DNA from: an uncultured Solirubrobacterales bacterium
Lineage (GTDB): Bacteria > Actinomycetota > Thermoleophilia > Solirubrobacterales > 70-9
DNA length: 64,000 nucleotides
Reading direction: 5' to 3'
NCBI GenBank assembly: GCA_963712765.1
Contig: CAVQIX010000004.1
Span: forward strand, 496,503-560,502
Of this stretch, positions 9,300 through 18,805 are shown one piece after another. The notes under the pieces were generated by a model, which was not told the origin of the DNA, searched no databases, and saw nothing but the letters and a program-made list of their open reading frames with translations. Position numbers and translations under genes: made by a program. How positions within the stretch are numbered: position 1 is the stretch's first letter; every line of letters begins with the position of its first letter.

Positions 9300-10628
9300 A
9301 TGACATCGCTCGCGCTCGTCGCCCTGGTTGTCCTCGTTCTCGTCAACGGGTTCTTCGTCGCGGCCGAGTTCGCCCTGGTCCGGGTCCGCAGGGGGCGGAT
9401 CGAGGCGCTGGCCGCCGCGGGCGCGCGCGGGGCCGGCCAGGTGATCGAGCAGCTCGACCAGATCGACCGATACCTGGCCGCATGCCAGCTTGGAATCACG
9501 ATGGCCTCGCTGGGAATCGGCTTCCTCGGCGAGCCCGCGATCGCCGCCCTGATCGAGCCGGCGATCGAGGGCCCGGTCGGCGAAGGAGCCGCAGCCGCGA
9601 TCGCCATCGGTCTCGCGTTCACGATCGCGACCGCTCTCCACATCACCGTCGGCGAGCAGGTTCCGAAGATGGTCGCGATCAATCGGGCCGAGAGCGCGTC
9701 GCGGATCATCGCTCGGCCGCTGCGAGCTTTCCGGCTGATCTCGGCTCCCTTCACCTGGGCCCTATCGGTCGCCTCCAACAAGATGGTGCGAATGTTCGGC
9801 GTCGATCCCGAGCGGATCGAGGAGCATCATGATGTCGACGACCTGCGCTCCCTGATCCAGGCCTCCGGCAGCCAGGGCGATATCGAGGAGAACGAGGCGA
9901 CGATGCTCTCAGGTGTCTTCCACCTCCACGAGCAGGAGGCCCGCGAGGTGATGACCCCGATCCCCGCGGTGGTCACGGTCGATTCATCCGATACCGTCGA
10001 GGCGGCGCTGCAGCGCTGCGTCTCCTCGGGGCACACCCGCCTGGTCGTGATCGAGGACGACAATCGCGATCGGGTCCGCGGCCTGATCCACAACAACTCG
10101 ATCGCCCGCCTCTACATGAACGCCGGAGCCGACGCCTCGATCGAGCCCGCGATCCGAGACGCGCCGGTAGTTCCAGAGACCAAGCCGCTCGACGACCTGC
10201 TTGCCGAGCTGCAGCGTCAACGCAGCTCGATGGCCGTGGTCGTCGACGAGTACGGACGCACGGTCGGCATCGCGACGGTCGAGGATATCCTCGAGGAGGT
10301 CGTCGGCGAGATCGAGGACGAGACCGACCCGCGGGCCGACTCGGTCCGCAAGCTCACCGACGGCGACTGGTACGTCCGCGGGCACGTCTCGCTCGGCGAC
10401 CTCGAGGACGCCGGCATCGAGCTCCCGGTCGAGACCGGCGCCTTCAACTCGGTCGGCGGCTATGTCTTCAGCGAGCTCGGCCGACGCCCCAAGCGCGGCG
10501 ACGCGATCGACGCCGACGGCTACCGGATCCGGGTCGAGTCGGTTCGCGACAACCGGATCGTCGCGCTCCGGATCCACTCCCACCACAGCCCCGACCCTGA
10601 GCCCGAGGGCGACCCCGCCGACGACTGA
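9300..10628 (+). CDS. CNNM/HlyC-CorC family transporter (DUF21-CBS pair-CorC_HlyC)
   Basis: 442 aa. NGFFVAAEFALVRVRR DUF21 start, CBS region (VMTPIPAVVTVD...), CorC C-terminus (YRIRVESVRDNRIVALRI). Confidence 0.9.
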   Translation: MTSLALVALVVLVLVNGFFVAAEFALVRVRRGRIEALAAAGARGAGQVIEQLDQIDRYLAACQLGITMASLGIGFLGEPAIAALIEPAIEGPVGEGAAAAIAIGLAFTIATALHITVGEQVPKMVAINRAESASRIIARPLRAFRLISAPFTWALSVASNKMVRMFGVDPERIEEHHDVDDLRSLIQASGSQGDIEENEATMLSGVFHLHEQEAREVMTPIPAVVTVDSSDTVEAALQRCVSSGHTRLVVIEDDNRDRVRGLIHNNSIARLYMNAGADASIEPAIRDAPVVPETKPLDDLLAELQRQRSSMAVVVDEYGRTVGIATVEDILEEVVGEIEDETDPRADSVRKLTDGDWYVRGHVSLGDLEDAGIELPVETGAFNSVGGYVFSELGRRPKRGDAIDADGYRIRVESVRDNRIVALRIHSHHSPDPEPEGDPADD

Positions 10629-10743
10629 GCGCGGCGGGCCCGATCGCTCTCACAAGTCCTCGCAGTTTGCGGATTCGGGGGCCGCTTCCGTCCGTCGGCG
10701 CTCGTAGCGTGCGGCACATACGCGGGAGAGTGAGGAGGTCCCG

Positions 10744-11034
10744 ATGTGGACGGTGCGTTTGTCGGATAAGCAGCTTGAGGTATTGAAGGCGCTGCTCGCC
10801 GAGCAGGAGCACCTCGGGCCGGCGCTGTCGAGATCGCTCGAATCGCTCGAGTTCGCCCGCTGGGACGAGCTTCCCGAGGCCGAGCTGCCGTGGCCCGACG
10901 TGACCCAGGAGGCGGCTGCGCAGGGGGTCTCCGAGGCCGACGTAGTCTGGGACCTCTGTGGAAAGCGGGCGCGACACCAGGCGCCCGAGGCCCGCCGGCA
11001 GGGCAAGCGCGCTCGCCGCACCGCCTCGAAGTAG
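10744..11034 (+). CDS. hypothetical small protein
   Basis: 96-aa ORF preceded by GAGGAGG 6 nt upstream. G/C third positions. No recognisable domain. Confidence 0.55.
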   Translation: MWTVRLSDKQLEVLKALLAEQEHLGPALSRSLESLEFARWDELPEAELPWPDVTQEAAAQGVSEADVVWDLCGKRARHQAPEARRQGKRARRTASK

Positions 11035-11138
11035 CGCGGCATCACTGCACACCGGAGCTTCGTCGGGAATTGGTGATCGTATAGGTCACCAGATCCAGAC
11101 CAAGGCGCTGGATGACCTGGTTTCTGCGTCCTCCAGAC

Positions 11139-11182
11139 GGACCCACGCACCCGCTACCTAGGACCCACGCACCCGCTGCCTA
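11139..11182. repeat. 2 x 22-bp tandem direct repeat that includes the hbd-like stop codon
   Basis: ggacccacgcacccgctAccta / ggacccacgcacccgctGccta are adjacent with one mismatch. Each copy ends in cta (TAG on the minus strand). Confidence 0.9.
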
Positions 11183-12004
11183 GTACTCGTAGAAGCCGCG
11201 GCCGCTCTTGCGGCCGAGGTGGCCGTCGCCGATCATCTGGATCAGCCTTCCCGGGGACCCGTGCGCGGCGTCGCCGCTGTCGGCGTAGAGGCTCTCGCCG
11301 ATCGCCACGGCGACGTCGAGGCCGACGAAATCGAGCAGACGCAGCGGGCCCATCGGCTGACCAGCTCCCAGTGTCATGCAGGCGTCGACCTCCTCGGGGT
11401 CCATGCCGGTCCTCTCCAGCAGCCTGACGGCGTCGAAGAGGAAGGGAAAGAGCAGCCTGTTGACGACGAAGCCCGGCTCGTCAGGGACCTCGACCGCCCG
11501 TTTGCCCAGCGCCTTACAGAACGCTCGGGCTCGCTGCGGCGCGCCATCGGCGAGTGCGTCCGGGAGGCAGAGCTCCACCAACTCCATCCGATGCACGGGA
11601 TTGAAGACATGCATCCCGTAGAAACGCTCCGGTGCGCCGATCCGCCCCGCAAGCTCGGCGATCATCAGCGATGAGGTCGTGGTCGCCAGGTCCGCGTCGG
11701 CGCAGGCGGCGGCGAGCTCGGAGTGGACGCGGGCCTTGATCTCGGGGTCCTCGGTGACCGCTTCGACAATCAGATCGCATCCCACCAGGTCCGCGACGTC
11801 GGTCGTCACCCGGAGCCGGCCGGCGTCCGCCCCGTCGACCTTCCGGCAGAGCTTCTCGACGTTCTCCTCGGCCCGCCAGGCCGAGCCGTCGCTCCGGGCC
11901 AGCAGGCGGACCTCGCCCAGGGCGGTCGCGCTCGCGGCCAGGCCGCAGGCGATCGTGCCGCTTCCGGCCACGCCGGGGCTGAGATATCCGTTCTCTACGG
12001 TCAC
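11180..12004 (-). CDS. 3-hydroxyacyl-CoA / 3-hydroxybutyryl-CoA dehydrogenase
   Basis: 274 aa. Rossmann VAGSGTIACG, FYGMHVFNPVHRMELVE, GFVVNRLLFPF, C-terminal GRKSGRGFYEY. Confidence 0.9.
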   Translation of the reverse strand: MTVENGYLSPGVAGSGTIACGLAASATALGEVRLLARSDGSAWRAEENVEKLCRKVDGADAGRLRVTTDVADLVGCDLIVEAVTEDPEIKARVHSELAAACADADLATTTSSLMIAELAGRIGAPERFYGMHVFNPVHRMELVELCLPDALADGAPQRARAFCKALGKRAVEVPDEPGFVVNRLLFPFLFDAVRLLERTGMDPEEVDACMTLGAGQPMGPLRLLDFVGLDVAVAIGESLYADSGDAAHGSPGRLIQMIGDGHLGRKSGRGFYEY

Positions 12005-12141
12005 GAAGCCTGCGGTCTATCAGTTCGTCGCGAGTCGGTGATCGCCGGCATCTGCGTGGAGGTCGAGTCTGGCTGACAGGCCAGTCAATCGGCTATGGTC
12101 GGATCGAAGGCATCTGTCCCGCGGAAGCAGGAGGGTTACGA

Positions 12142-13320
<1,179 letters not shown>

Positions 13321-13327
13321 CTCCCGG

Positions 13328-14698
13328 TCAGTCCGGCTTCAGCGCCTCGGCCTCCAGCTCTCCGGCTCGGTGGCCGAGCAGATAGTTGATCCCCCAGATC
13401 GCGACCCCGAGCAGGAGCAGGAGGCAGGCGCGGAGGAAGATCTCGGCCTCATTGTCGACGATCAGGGCGATCGAGACGATCGCCCCCAGGGCTGGGAGCA
13501 CGGTCGGGGCGCGGAAGTGCTCGTGATCGACCTCGTCGCCCCTGAGAACGAGGACGGAGACGTTGACGATCGCAAAGACAGCGAGCAGCAACATCACCGT
13601 GGTGTCGGCGAGTGAGCCCAGTTCGCCGGTCGAGACGAGGATCATGGCGAGGATCGTCGTGAACAAGATCGCCGTCCACGGGGTGCGCCGCCCGCTGAGG
13701 ACGTGCCCGAAGGCCTTCGGCACGATGCCCTGCTCCGACATCCCGTAGACGAGTCGCGAGGCCATGATCATGTTGATCAGGGCGCCGTTCGCCAGCGCGA
13801 AGAGAGTGATCACCGCGAACAGCTTGCTGGGGATCCCCAGCGGGCCCTGCTTGACCACCTCGAGCAGGGGGGCGCTGGATCGGCCCAGGTCCCCGGTCGG
13901 GACGACCGCCGAGGCCATGAAGGTGACCGCCAGATAGATCATGCCCGCGATCGCGAGCGCCGTGAACAGCGCCTTCGGGTAGGTGACGCTGGGTCGCTTG
14001 ACCTCCTCTGCGACGTTGACGGAGTCCTCGAATCCGATCAGCGCATAGAACGCCAGCCCCGCTCCCGAGAGGACCGCGAAGAAGACGGAAGTGCCCTCCT
14101 TGAACTCGAGGTTCCGGGATGGCTCGGCAGTGCCGTCCCCGAAGGCCGCGATGCCGATCACCACGATCAGGAGCAGTCCGAGGATCTCGATCAGCGTGAA
14201 CAGCGCGTTCAGGGTCATCGATTCCGAGATCCCGCGCAGGTTGATCGCGCCGATCACGACCATGAACAGGATCGCGACCGGGATCACAGGGACGCTGACG
14301 AACTCCGCGAGCGGGTCGCCCGAGAACGCCCGTGCAAGCGCAGCGGCCGAGGTGATCCCCGATGCCATCACCGCGAAGGCGACCATGAAGGTGAGGAAGG
14401 GGCGCCTGTACGCCTTGTTGACGTAGAGGGCCGCTCCCGCGGCCCGCGGGTACTTCGAGACGAGCTCGGCGTAGGCGAACGCAGTCAGCGTGGCGAGGAG
14501 GAAAGCGGCGAGGAAGGAGGCCCAGATCGCGCCACCGACCTCGTTTCCAACCTCACCGACGAGGGCATAGATGCCGCCGCCGAGCATGTCTCCGACGATG
14601 AAGAGCAGCAGCAGCGGGCCGCCGATCCGGCGCGCCAGTCTCGTCCTCTCCTCGCCGTATGCGCTTGAGCTCGGCTCCCCGGAGGCGGACCTGGTCAC
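13328..14698 (-). CDS. APC-superfamily amino-acid permease
   Basis: 456 aa with 12 predicted hydrophobic segments. GGGIYALVGEV and other APC-like motifs. Confidence 0.9.
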   Translation of the reverse strand: MTRSASGEPSSSAYGEERTRLARRIGGPLLLLFIVGDMLGGGIYALVGEVGNEVGGAIWASFLAAFLLATLTAFAYAELVSKYPRAAGAALYVNKAYRRPFLTFMVAFAVMASGITSAAALARAFSGDPLAEFVSVPVIPVAILFMVVIGAINLRGISESMTLNALFTLIEILGLLLIVVIGIAAFGDGTAEPSRNLEFKEGTSVFFAVLSGAGLAFYALIGFEDSVNVAEEVKRPSVTYPKALFTALAIAGMIYLAVTFMASAVVPTGDLGRSSAPLLEVVKQGPLGIPSKLFAVITLFALANGALINMIMASRLVYGMSEQGIVPKAFGHVLSGRRTPWTAILFTTILAMILVSTGELGSLADTTVMLLLAVFAIVNVSVLVLRGDEVDHEHFRAPTVLPALGAIVSIALIVDNEAEIFLRACLLLLLGVAIWGINYLLGHRAGELEAEALKPD

Positions 14699-14710
14699 AA
14701 CTCGATCCGT

Positions 14711-15370
14711 TCAGAAGGAGGCGACGAGCTCCTGCAGCTGCGCAAGATCCGAGGTCGGGGGCCCGTGCCCAGGGCACATCAGAGCCGGCTCGAGCTCGGC
14801 CAGCGTCCGGATCGAGCGGCGGTTCTCATCGGGGTCGAGGGTGAACATGCCCGGCGGCTCGCCTATGCGCCTGCGTCCGGTGAGGAAGTCGACGTTGTTG
14901 ATCACGTCGCCGCAGATCGCGACCCGGTCGGAGCGGCGGAAGTAGATCACCTCCCCTGGGGCGTGCCCGGGAGCGTGGATGACCTCGAAGCCCGCGACCT
15001 CGTCCCCTTCCTCGAGGACCCGCCCGACCGGATGGGGCGGTCCTTCCCAGGCGCCGCCGATCAGGCGGTTCAGGAGGTTGTCGGGGTGGGCCCGCTGCAC
15101 CGGCGCCCGGCCCTCCATCGCGTCGACGTCCGCTGCGTGGCAGGCGAGCGGCACCCCGCGCGCCTCACACACCGCCTTCGCCACACCCTGGTGGTCGGGG
15201 TGGACGTGGGTGAGCGCCACCAGCGAGAGCGGCCGATCCTCGATCTGGCCGAGGATCCGGCGGCGAGCGAACCGCGTAGCGGCGTCGATCAGGACGTCGC
15301 CGATCATGTAGACGTTGATCGCGTTGTTGAAGCCGCGGAGCTTCCAGACGCCTGGGGCGAGCTGCCTCAC
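14711..15370 (-). CDS. MBL-fold metallo-hydrolase
   Basis: THVHPDHQG zinc motif, HAPGHAPGE. I place the start at GTG 15370, which overlaps the upstream stop as GTGA. The track ORF 14711..15739 carries an Arg/Pro-rich N-terminal extension that looks non-coding. Confidence 0.85.
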   Translation of the reverse strand: MRQLAPGVWKLRGFNNAINVYMIGDVLIDAATRFARRRILGQIEDRPLSLVALTHVHPDHQGVAKAVCEARGVPLACHAADVDAMEGRAPVQRAHPDNLLNRLIGGAWEGPPHPVGRVLEEGDEVAGFEVIHAPGHAPGEVIYFRRSDRVAICGDVINNVDFLTGRRRIGEPPGMFTLDPDENRRSIRTLAELEPALMCPGHGPPTSDLAQLQELVASF

Positions 15371-16095
15371 GAGGCCAGCCTTGCTCCGACGAACTGGACC
15401 AGGCCCGAGACCCGCTGGTGGATCTCGCCGTAGTCGTGCATCTGCAGCGCCGCGACGACCTCCTCCCGCTCGAAGACCCGCAGGCCGCTGGCGCGCTCGA
15501 TCACCGGCTTCAGGGGGGGAAGGGTGACCTGCCGGCGGATTGAGGTCATCAGAGCGAGGCGACCGCCGGGAGCAAGCACGCGGGTCATCTCCGCGATCGC
15601 GTCGTGAGGTTCCGCGAAGAGGTGGAGCGCTGCGAAACAGCAGACCGCGTCGAAGCAGCCGTCCGCGAAGGGCAGGCCGGTGGCGTCGGCGCGGACGAGG
15701 GCGACGTTCTCCAGCTCCGCCCGCTCGTTGTCGCGGCATCCCTTGGCGAGCATCGTCTCGGAGGCATCGACTCCGACCGCGAGTCCCTCAGAACCGATCG
15801 CGCCGGCGAAGGCGCGCGTGAAGGTGGCGGGCCCGCAGGCGACGTCGAGAACCCGGTGGCCCGTCTGAAGTCCGAGCAGCAGCCGGGCGATGCGGATCTC
15901 CTCATCCATGCCGGGCCCAGTGGCGCCCTTGAACAGCCGCCCCAGCGCGGGCCGCCACCAGCGCTCGTAGATCGCCGGGACGAGGCTGGTCAGCATCAGG
16001 TCCTGGCTGGGGCCGGTGCTTTGCAGATCCTCGCCGAGCAGGTCCCAGTAACCCTCCTCGGTAGCCTCGGCCCGCCGCCGCGCGGCATCTGTCAT
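15367..16095 (-). CDS. class I SAM-dependent methyltransferase
   Basis: VLDVACGPATF (motif I), FDAVCCFAALHLF, LAPGGRLAL. Start ATG at 16095 (MTDAARRRAE). The longer track ORF to 16509 overlaps the neighbouring small gene. Confidence 0.85.
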   Translation of the reverse strand: MTDAARRRAEATEEGYWDLLGEDLQSTGPSQDLMLTSLVPAIYERWWRPALGRLFKGATGPGMDEEIRIARLLLGLQTGHRVLDVACGPATFTRAFAGAIGSEGLAVGVDASETMLAKGCRDNERAELENVALVRADATGLPFADGCFDAVCCFAALHLFAEPHDAIAEMTRVLAPGGRLALMTSIRRQVTLPPLKPVIERASGLRVFEREEVVAALQMHDYGEIHQRVSGLVQFVGARLAS

Positions 16096-16124
16096 CAGAC
16101 CCAGGACACGCTGGTCCTGAGCGC

Positions 16125-16376
16125 TCAAAGAGGGCTCCCGGGACCCGGTCCCCGCGGCTCGCCGGTGTTGTCGGCGAGCTCGGTCAGCCTCCTGACCTCG
16201 CGCTCGCCCTCGACCCTCGCAGGGTCGTTCTCCGGCAGCCCCTCGATCAGTCGCTCGATCCGATTGCGGATCTGCAGCGCGAAGTGGGGTGTCGCCGGGC
16301 CAGTCAGGGCTCGGATGTCCTCGACGGTCACGGCTCGGGAGGGATCCAGTCGGTGGGCGCTCTCGGCTTCGCTCAT
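16125..16376 (-). CDS. hypothetical small protein
   Basis: 83-aa ORF with 29-nt gaps to both same-strand neighbours. G/C third positions. Non-shadow composition (VEDIRALTGPATPHFALQIRNRIERLIEGL). Confidence 0.6.
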   Translation of the reverse strand: MSEAESAHRLDPSRAVTVEDIRALTGPATPHFALQIRNRIERLIEGLPENDPARVEGEREVRRLTELADNTGEPRGPGPGSPL

Positions 16377-16405
16377 CTGCAGGGAGCCTATCCACCCGCC
16401 CCGGA

Positions 16406-17845
16406 TCAGGGTCTTTTCGGGGCGGGCTCGTCCTCGGGGGAGCTGGAGCCGGCTCCGAAGTTCGGCAAGCCGCTTCCCTCTGTGACCTGCTCGAGCTGCG
16501 TGAGGGCATCGATCCGCGCCTGCATCGCCACCGATATCGCGCTCGTATCCCCGATCAGCCAGATGTGGTTGTAGACGGCGCGGGCCGGATCCTCGGCGAA
16601 TCCCGGCTTGGTGTCGAGCAGGAACCCCTGCAGCGCCCGGGGAAGCTCGGTTGCCGAATCGGTGAGGAGCAGCGGCCCGGGCTTGCCACCGGCCGCCAGC
16701 GGGGCCGCAGCCGCCGCGTCGGCGGGGCGGGAGGTGTTGGCGATCGTGAAGCCGTGGCCGGGGTCGTTGATGTTCCAGCCGAAGCTGCCGTCGACGAACC
16801 GGGCGAAATCGATCGCGTTGACGACGGGATCCGAATCGCCGATCCGGACCGCCGGGCCGCTCACCTTGCGAAGCTCCTTGAGCGCCCTATCGCTGATCGC
16901 CTCCTCGGGCCCGAGCACGTAGACCGGGGCCTCGGGGTGGCGTTCGAGCACGTCGAGCGTCGCCCGCGGCACCTCGTCACCTGCGGCGAAGACGATCGGA
17001 TCACCCGAGCGAGCGGCCCACGCGGCCGCGGGCATCGCCAGGGCCGGGTCCTCGGAGGAGACGACGAGGATGTGGTCGGGTTCGTCGCGGCCGCTGAGCC
17101 GGATCCGCTGGCGATCGATCTCCTTCGCCAGCACCGCGGGGTCGCCGGCGCTGACCTTCGACGTCACCAGGCCGTCAGGTGTCGCGACTCCGTTGATCCC
17201 GAGCAGCTGGATTCCGTCACCGCGCTTCAGTCCGGTCGGGCTCAACCCGGCCAGCGCCTCGGCGCTGAAACCCGGGATCTCGCCTTCGGAGCCAAGAAGG
17301 ATCGGAGCTCCGATCGGGCTCGCCACCAGCGAGGTCGCGACCAGCGATGCCTGCCAGGAGTCCTGCGGTGCGAGGACGACCATGCGAGGCCCCCCGACTC
17401 CACCGACGGCGGGATAGGAGGCGAGGGCTACTCCCGCCGCGACAGAGGTCGAATCGACACCCCCGACGCGGGTCGTGTTCCGCGTGGCGAAGGCCGGGAA
17501 GCCGATCTGCTCGGCGGCCTCGGGCCTGGGCGCCTCCTCGATCACGACGGTCGGCGCCACGGCCGGGAGCGAGACGCGCTGGTCCGGTTCGTCGAACAGC
17601 GCATAGCCGATACCCACGCCGGCGCCGATGGCGACGAGCAGACCCAGCCCGATCAGCAGCGGCTGCTTCGCGACCGGCCAATCGGAGCCGGCCTCACCCG
17701 GCTCGGCCGGGTCGTCGGCCTCGGGGGCTGCAAGCGGACCGGTCCTCGGAGTGGCCTCGGTCTGGGCCTCGGGCTGGGCCTCCGCATCCGCCTGCTCGCG
17801 GTGGCGCCCCAGTCGCAGACTCGGCAGCTTGAAACGTCTCGCCAT
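16406..17845 (-). CDS. membrane-anchored protein with three cell-wall-binding (CWB2-like) repeats
   Basis: Start MARRFKLPSL at 17845. One TM (LLIGLGLLVAIGAGVGIGYAL). Three ~100-aa repeats with the CWB2 pattern (..RVGGVDSTSVAAGVAL..PILLG; ..ILVVSSEDPALAMPAAAWAARSGDPIVF..VYVLGPEEAIS; ..RIGDSDPVVNAIDFA..PLLLTD..IWLIGDTSAIS). Confidence 0.8.
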   Translation of the reverse strand: MARRFKLPSLRLGRHREQADAEAQPEAQTEATPRTGPLAAPEADDPAEPGEAGSDWPVAKQPLLIGLGLLVAIGAGVGIGYALFDEPDQRVSLPAVAPTVVIEEAPRPEAAEQIGFPAFATRNTTRVGGVDSTSVAAGVALASYPAVGGVGGPRMVVLAPQDSWQASLVATSLVASPIGAPILLGSEGEIPGFSAEALAGLSPTGLKRGDGIQLLGINGVATPDGLVTSKVSAGDPAVLAKEIDRQRIRLSGRDEPDHILVVSSEDPALAMPAAAWAARSGDPIVFAAGDEVPRATLDVLERHPEAPVYVLGPEEAISDRALKELRKVSGPAVRIGDSDPVVNAIDFARFVDGSFGWNINDPGHGFTIANTSRPADAAAAAPLAAGGKPGPLLLTDSATELPRALQGFLLDTKPGFAEDPARAVYNHIWLIGDTSAISVAMQARIDALTQLEQVTEGSGLPNFGAGSSSPEDEPAPKRP

Positions 17846-17926
17846 CAGGTCAGTCTTGCGCACAGCGCGGTCCCGGGTGCATCCCCTAGTCGCGTACCAA
17901 CCTGTAACCTGATCGACGGAGTTGAG

Positions 17927-18604
17927 ATGGCCGACATCGCGGGCACGCTGGGGCAGTTCAGAGAGGTGGAGACGGGGGAGGCCTTCACGATCCAGAACCC
18001 GAGGTTGCTCAAGATCGAGCTCGCCGAAGCGACCGTGATGGCCAGGAACGGCGCGATGGTCGCCTACCAGGGGGACGTCAGCTTCGAGCACCAGGGCGGC
18101 GGCATGGGGCGCCTGCTGAAGAAGGCGGCCACGGGGGAGAGCCTGAGGTTGATGAAGGCGAGCGGGACCGGGGAGGTCTTTCTCGCCAACCGCGCGATGC
18201 TCGTCCACGTGATCAATCTCAAGGATGACTCGATCACCGCCAACGGCCGAAACGTGCTCGCCTTCGAAACCGGGATCGAGTGGGACATCAAGAAGGTCAA
18301 GGGCGGCGCGGCGGGGATGCTCGCCGGCGGGCTCTTCAACGTCCACCTCGAGGGCACCGGTCAGGTCGCGCTCGTCAGCGAGGGCGAGCCGGTGCTGCTC
18401 GACGTCGCCGGGCCTCCGACCTTCGCCGATCCCCAGGCGGCGATCGCCTGGTCGGGCTCGGTGACGACGAGTCTGAAGACCGACATGCAGGCCAAGAGCC
18501 TGATCGGGATGGGCTCGGGGGAGAGCATCCAGGTCGCCTACAGCGGCCAGGGGTGGGTCCTGGTCCAGCCCTCCGAGGGCCCGCCGGTCGCTCAGGCCGG
18601 CTGA
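17927..18604 (+). CDS. AIM24 family protein (DUF124/TIGR00266-like)
   Basis: Start ATG 17927 after GGAG. Beta-rich repeats typical of AIM24 (VMARNGAMVAYQGDVSFE, GEVFLANRAMLVHVINL, NVHLEGTGQVALVSEG, VAYSGQGWVLVQP). The track ORF from 16289 is an artefactual extension. Confidence 0.8.
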   Translation: MADIAGTLGQFREVETGEAFTIQNPRLLKIELAEATVMARNGAMVAYQGDVSFEHQGGGMGRLLKKAATGESLRLMKASGTGEVFLANRAMLVHVINLKDDSITANGRNVLAFETGIEWDIKKVKGGAAGMLAGGLFNVHLEGTGQVALVSEGEPVLLDVAGPPTFADPQAAIAWSGSVTTSLKTDMQAKSLIGMGSGESIQVAYSGQGWVLVQPSEGPPVAQAG

Positions 18605-18756
18605 CCGCACCCCCCCGGGAGACCTCCGCCGATATCCCAATCCGCGCCGGGAGGCGGCGCTTGCGCGATCCTTGCAATCGGGCTTGCAGCGGGCAGAGCC
18701 ACGCACTTTTCCCTGCATATTCGCGTGCAGGAGCGGAAATCTCTGTTAGTAAATGC

Positions 18757-18784
18757 TTGCAATTGAGATGCCGGGTGCTACTCT
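18757..18784 (+). promoter_or_regulatory. candidate sigma-70-type promoter for the M23 peptidase gene
   Basis: TTGCAA, 16 nt, TACTCT (fits TANNNT). It lies in the most AT-rich intergenic stretch of the window, ~20 nt before the ATG at 18806. Sequence inspection only. Confidence 0.3.
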
Positions 18785-18805
18785 GCGCCGACTCCGTCGC
18801 CCCTC

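Noticed and set aside
16289-18718. Two mutually antisense open frames of more than 2.3 kb each (771 aa on plus, 770 aa on minus).
   Set aside because: Only parts are real. The minus-strand gene is 16406..17845 (starts MARRFKL, CWB2 repeats). The plus-strand gene is 17927..18604 (AIM24). The remaining halves are Arg/Gly/Pro-rich antisense read-through with no stops by chance.
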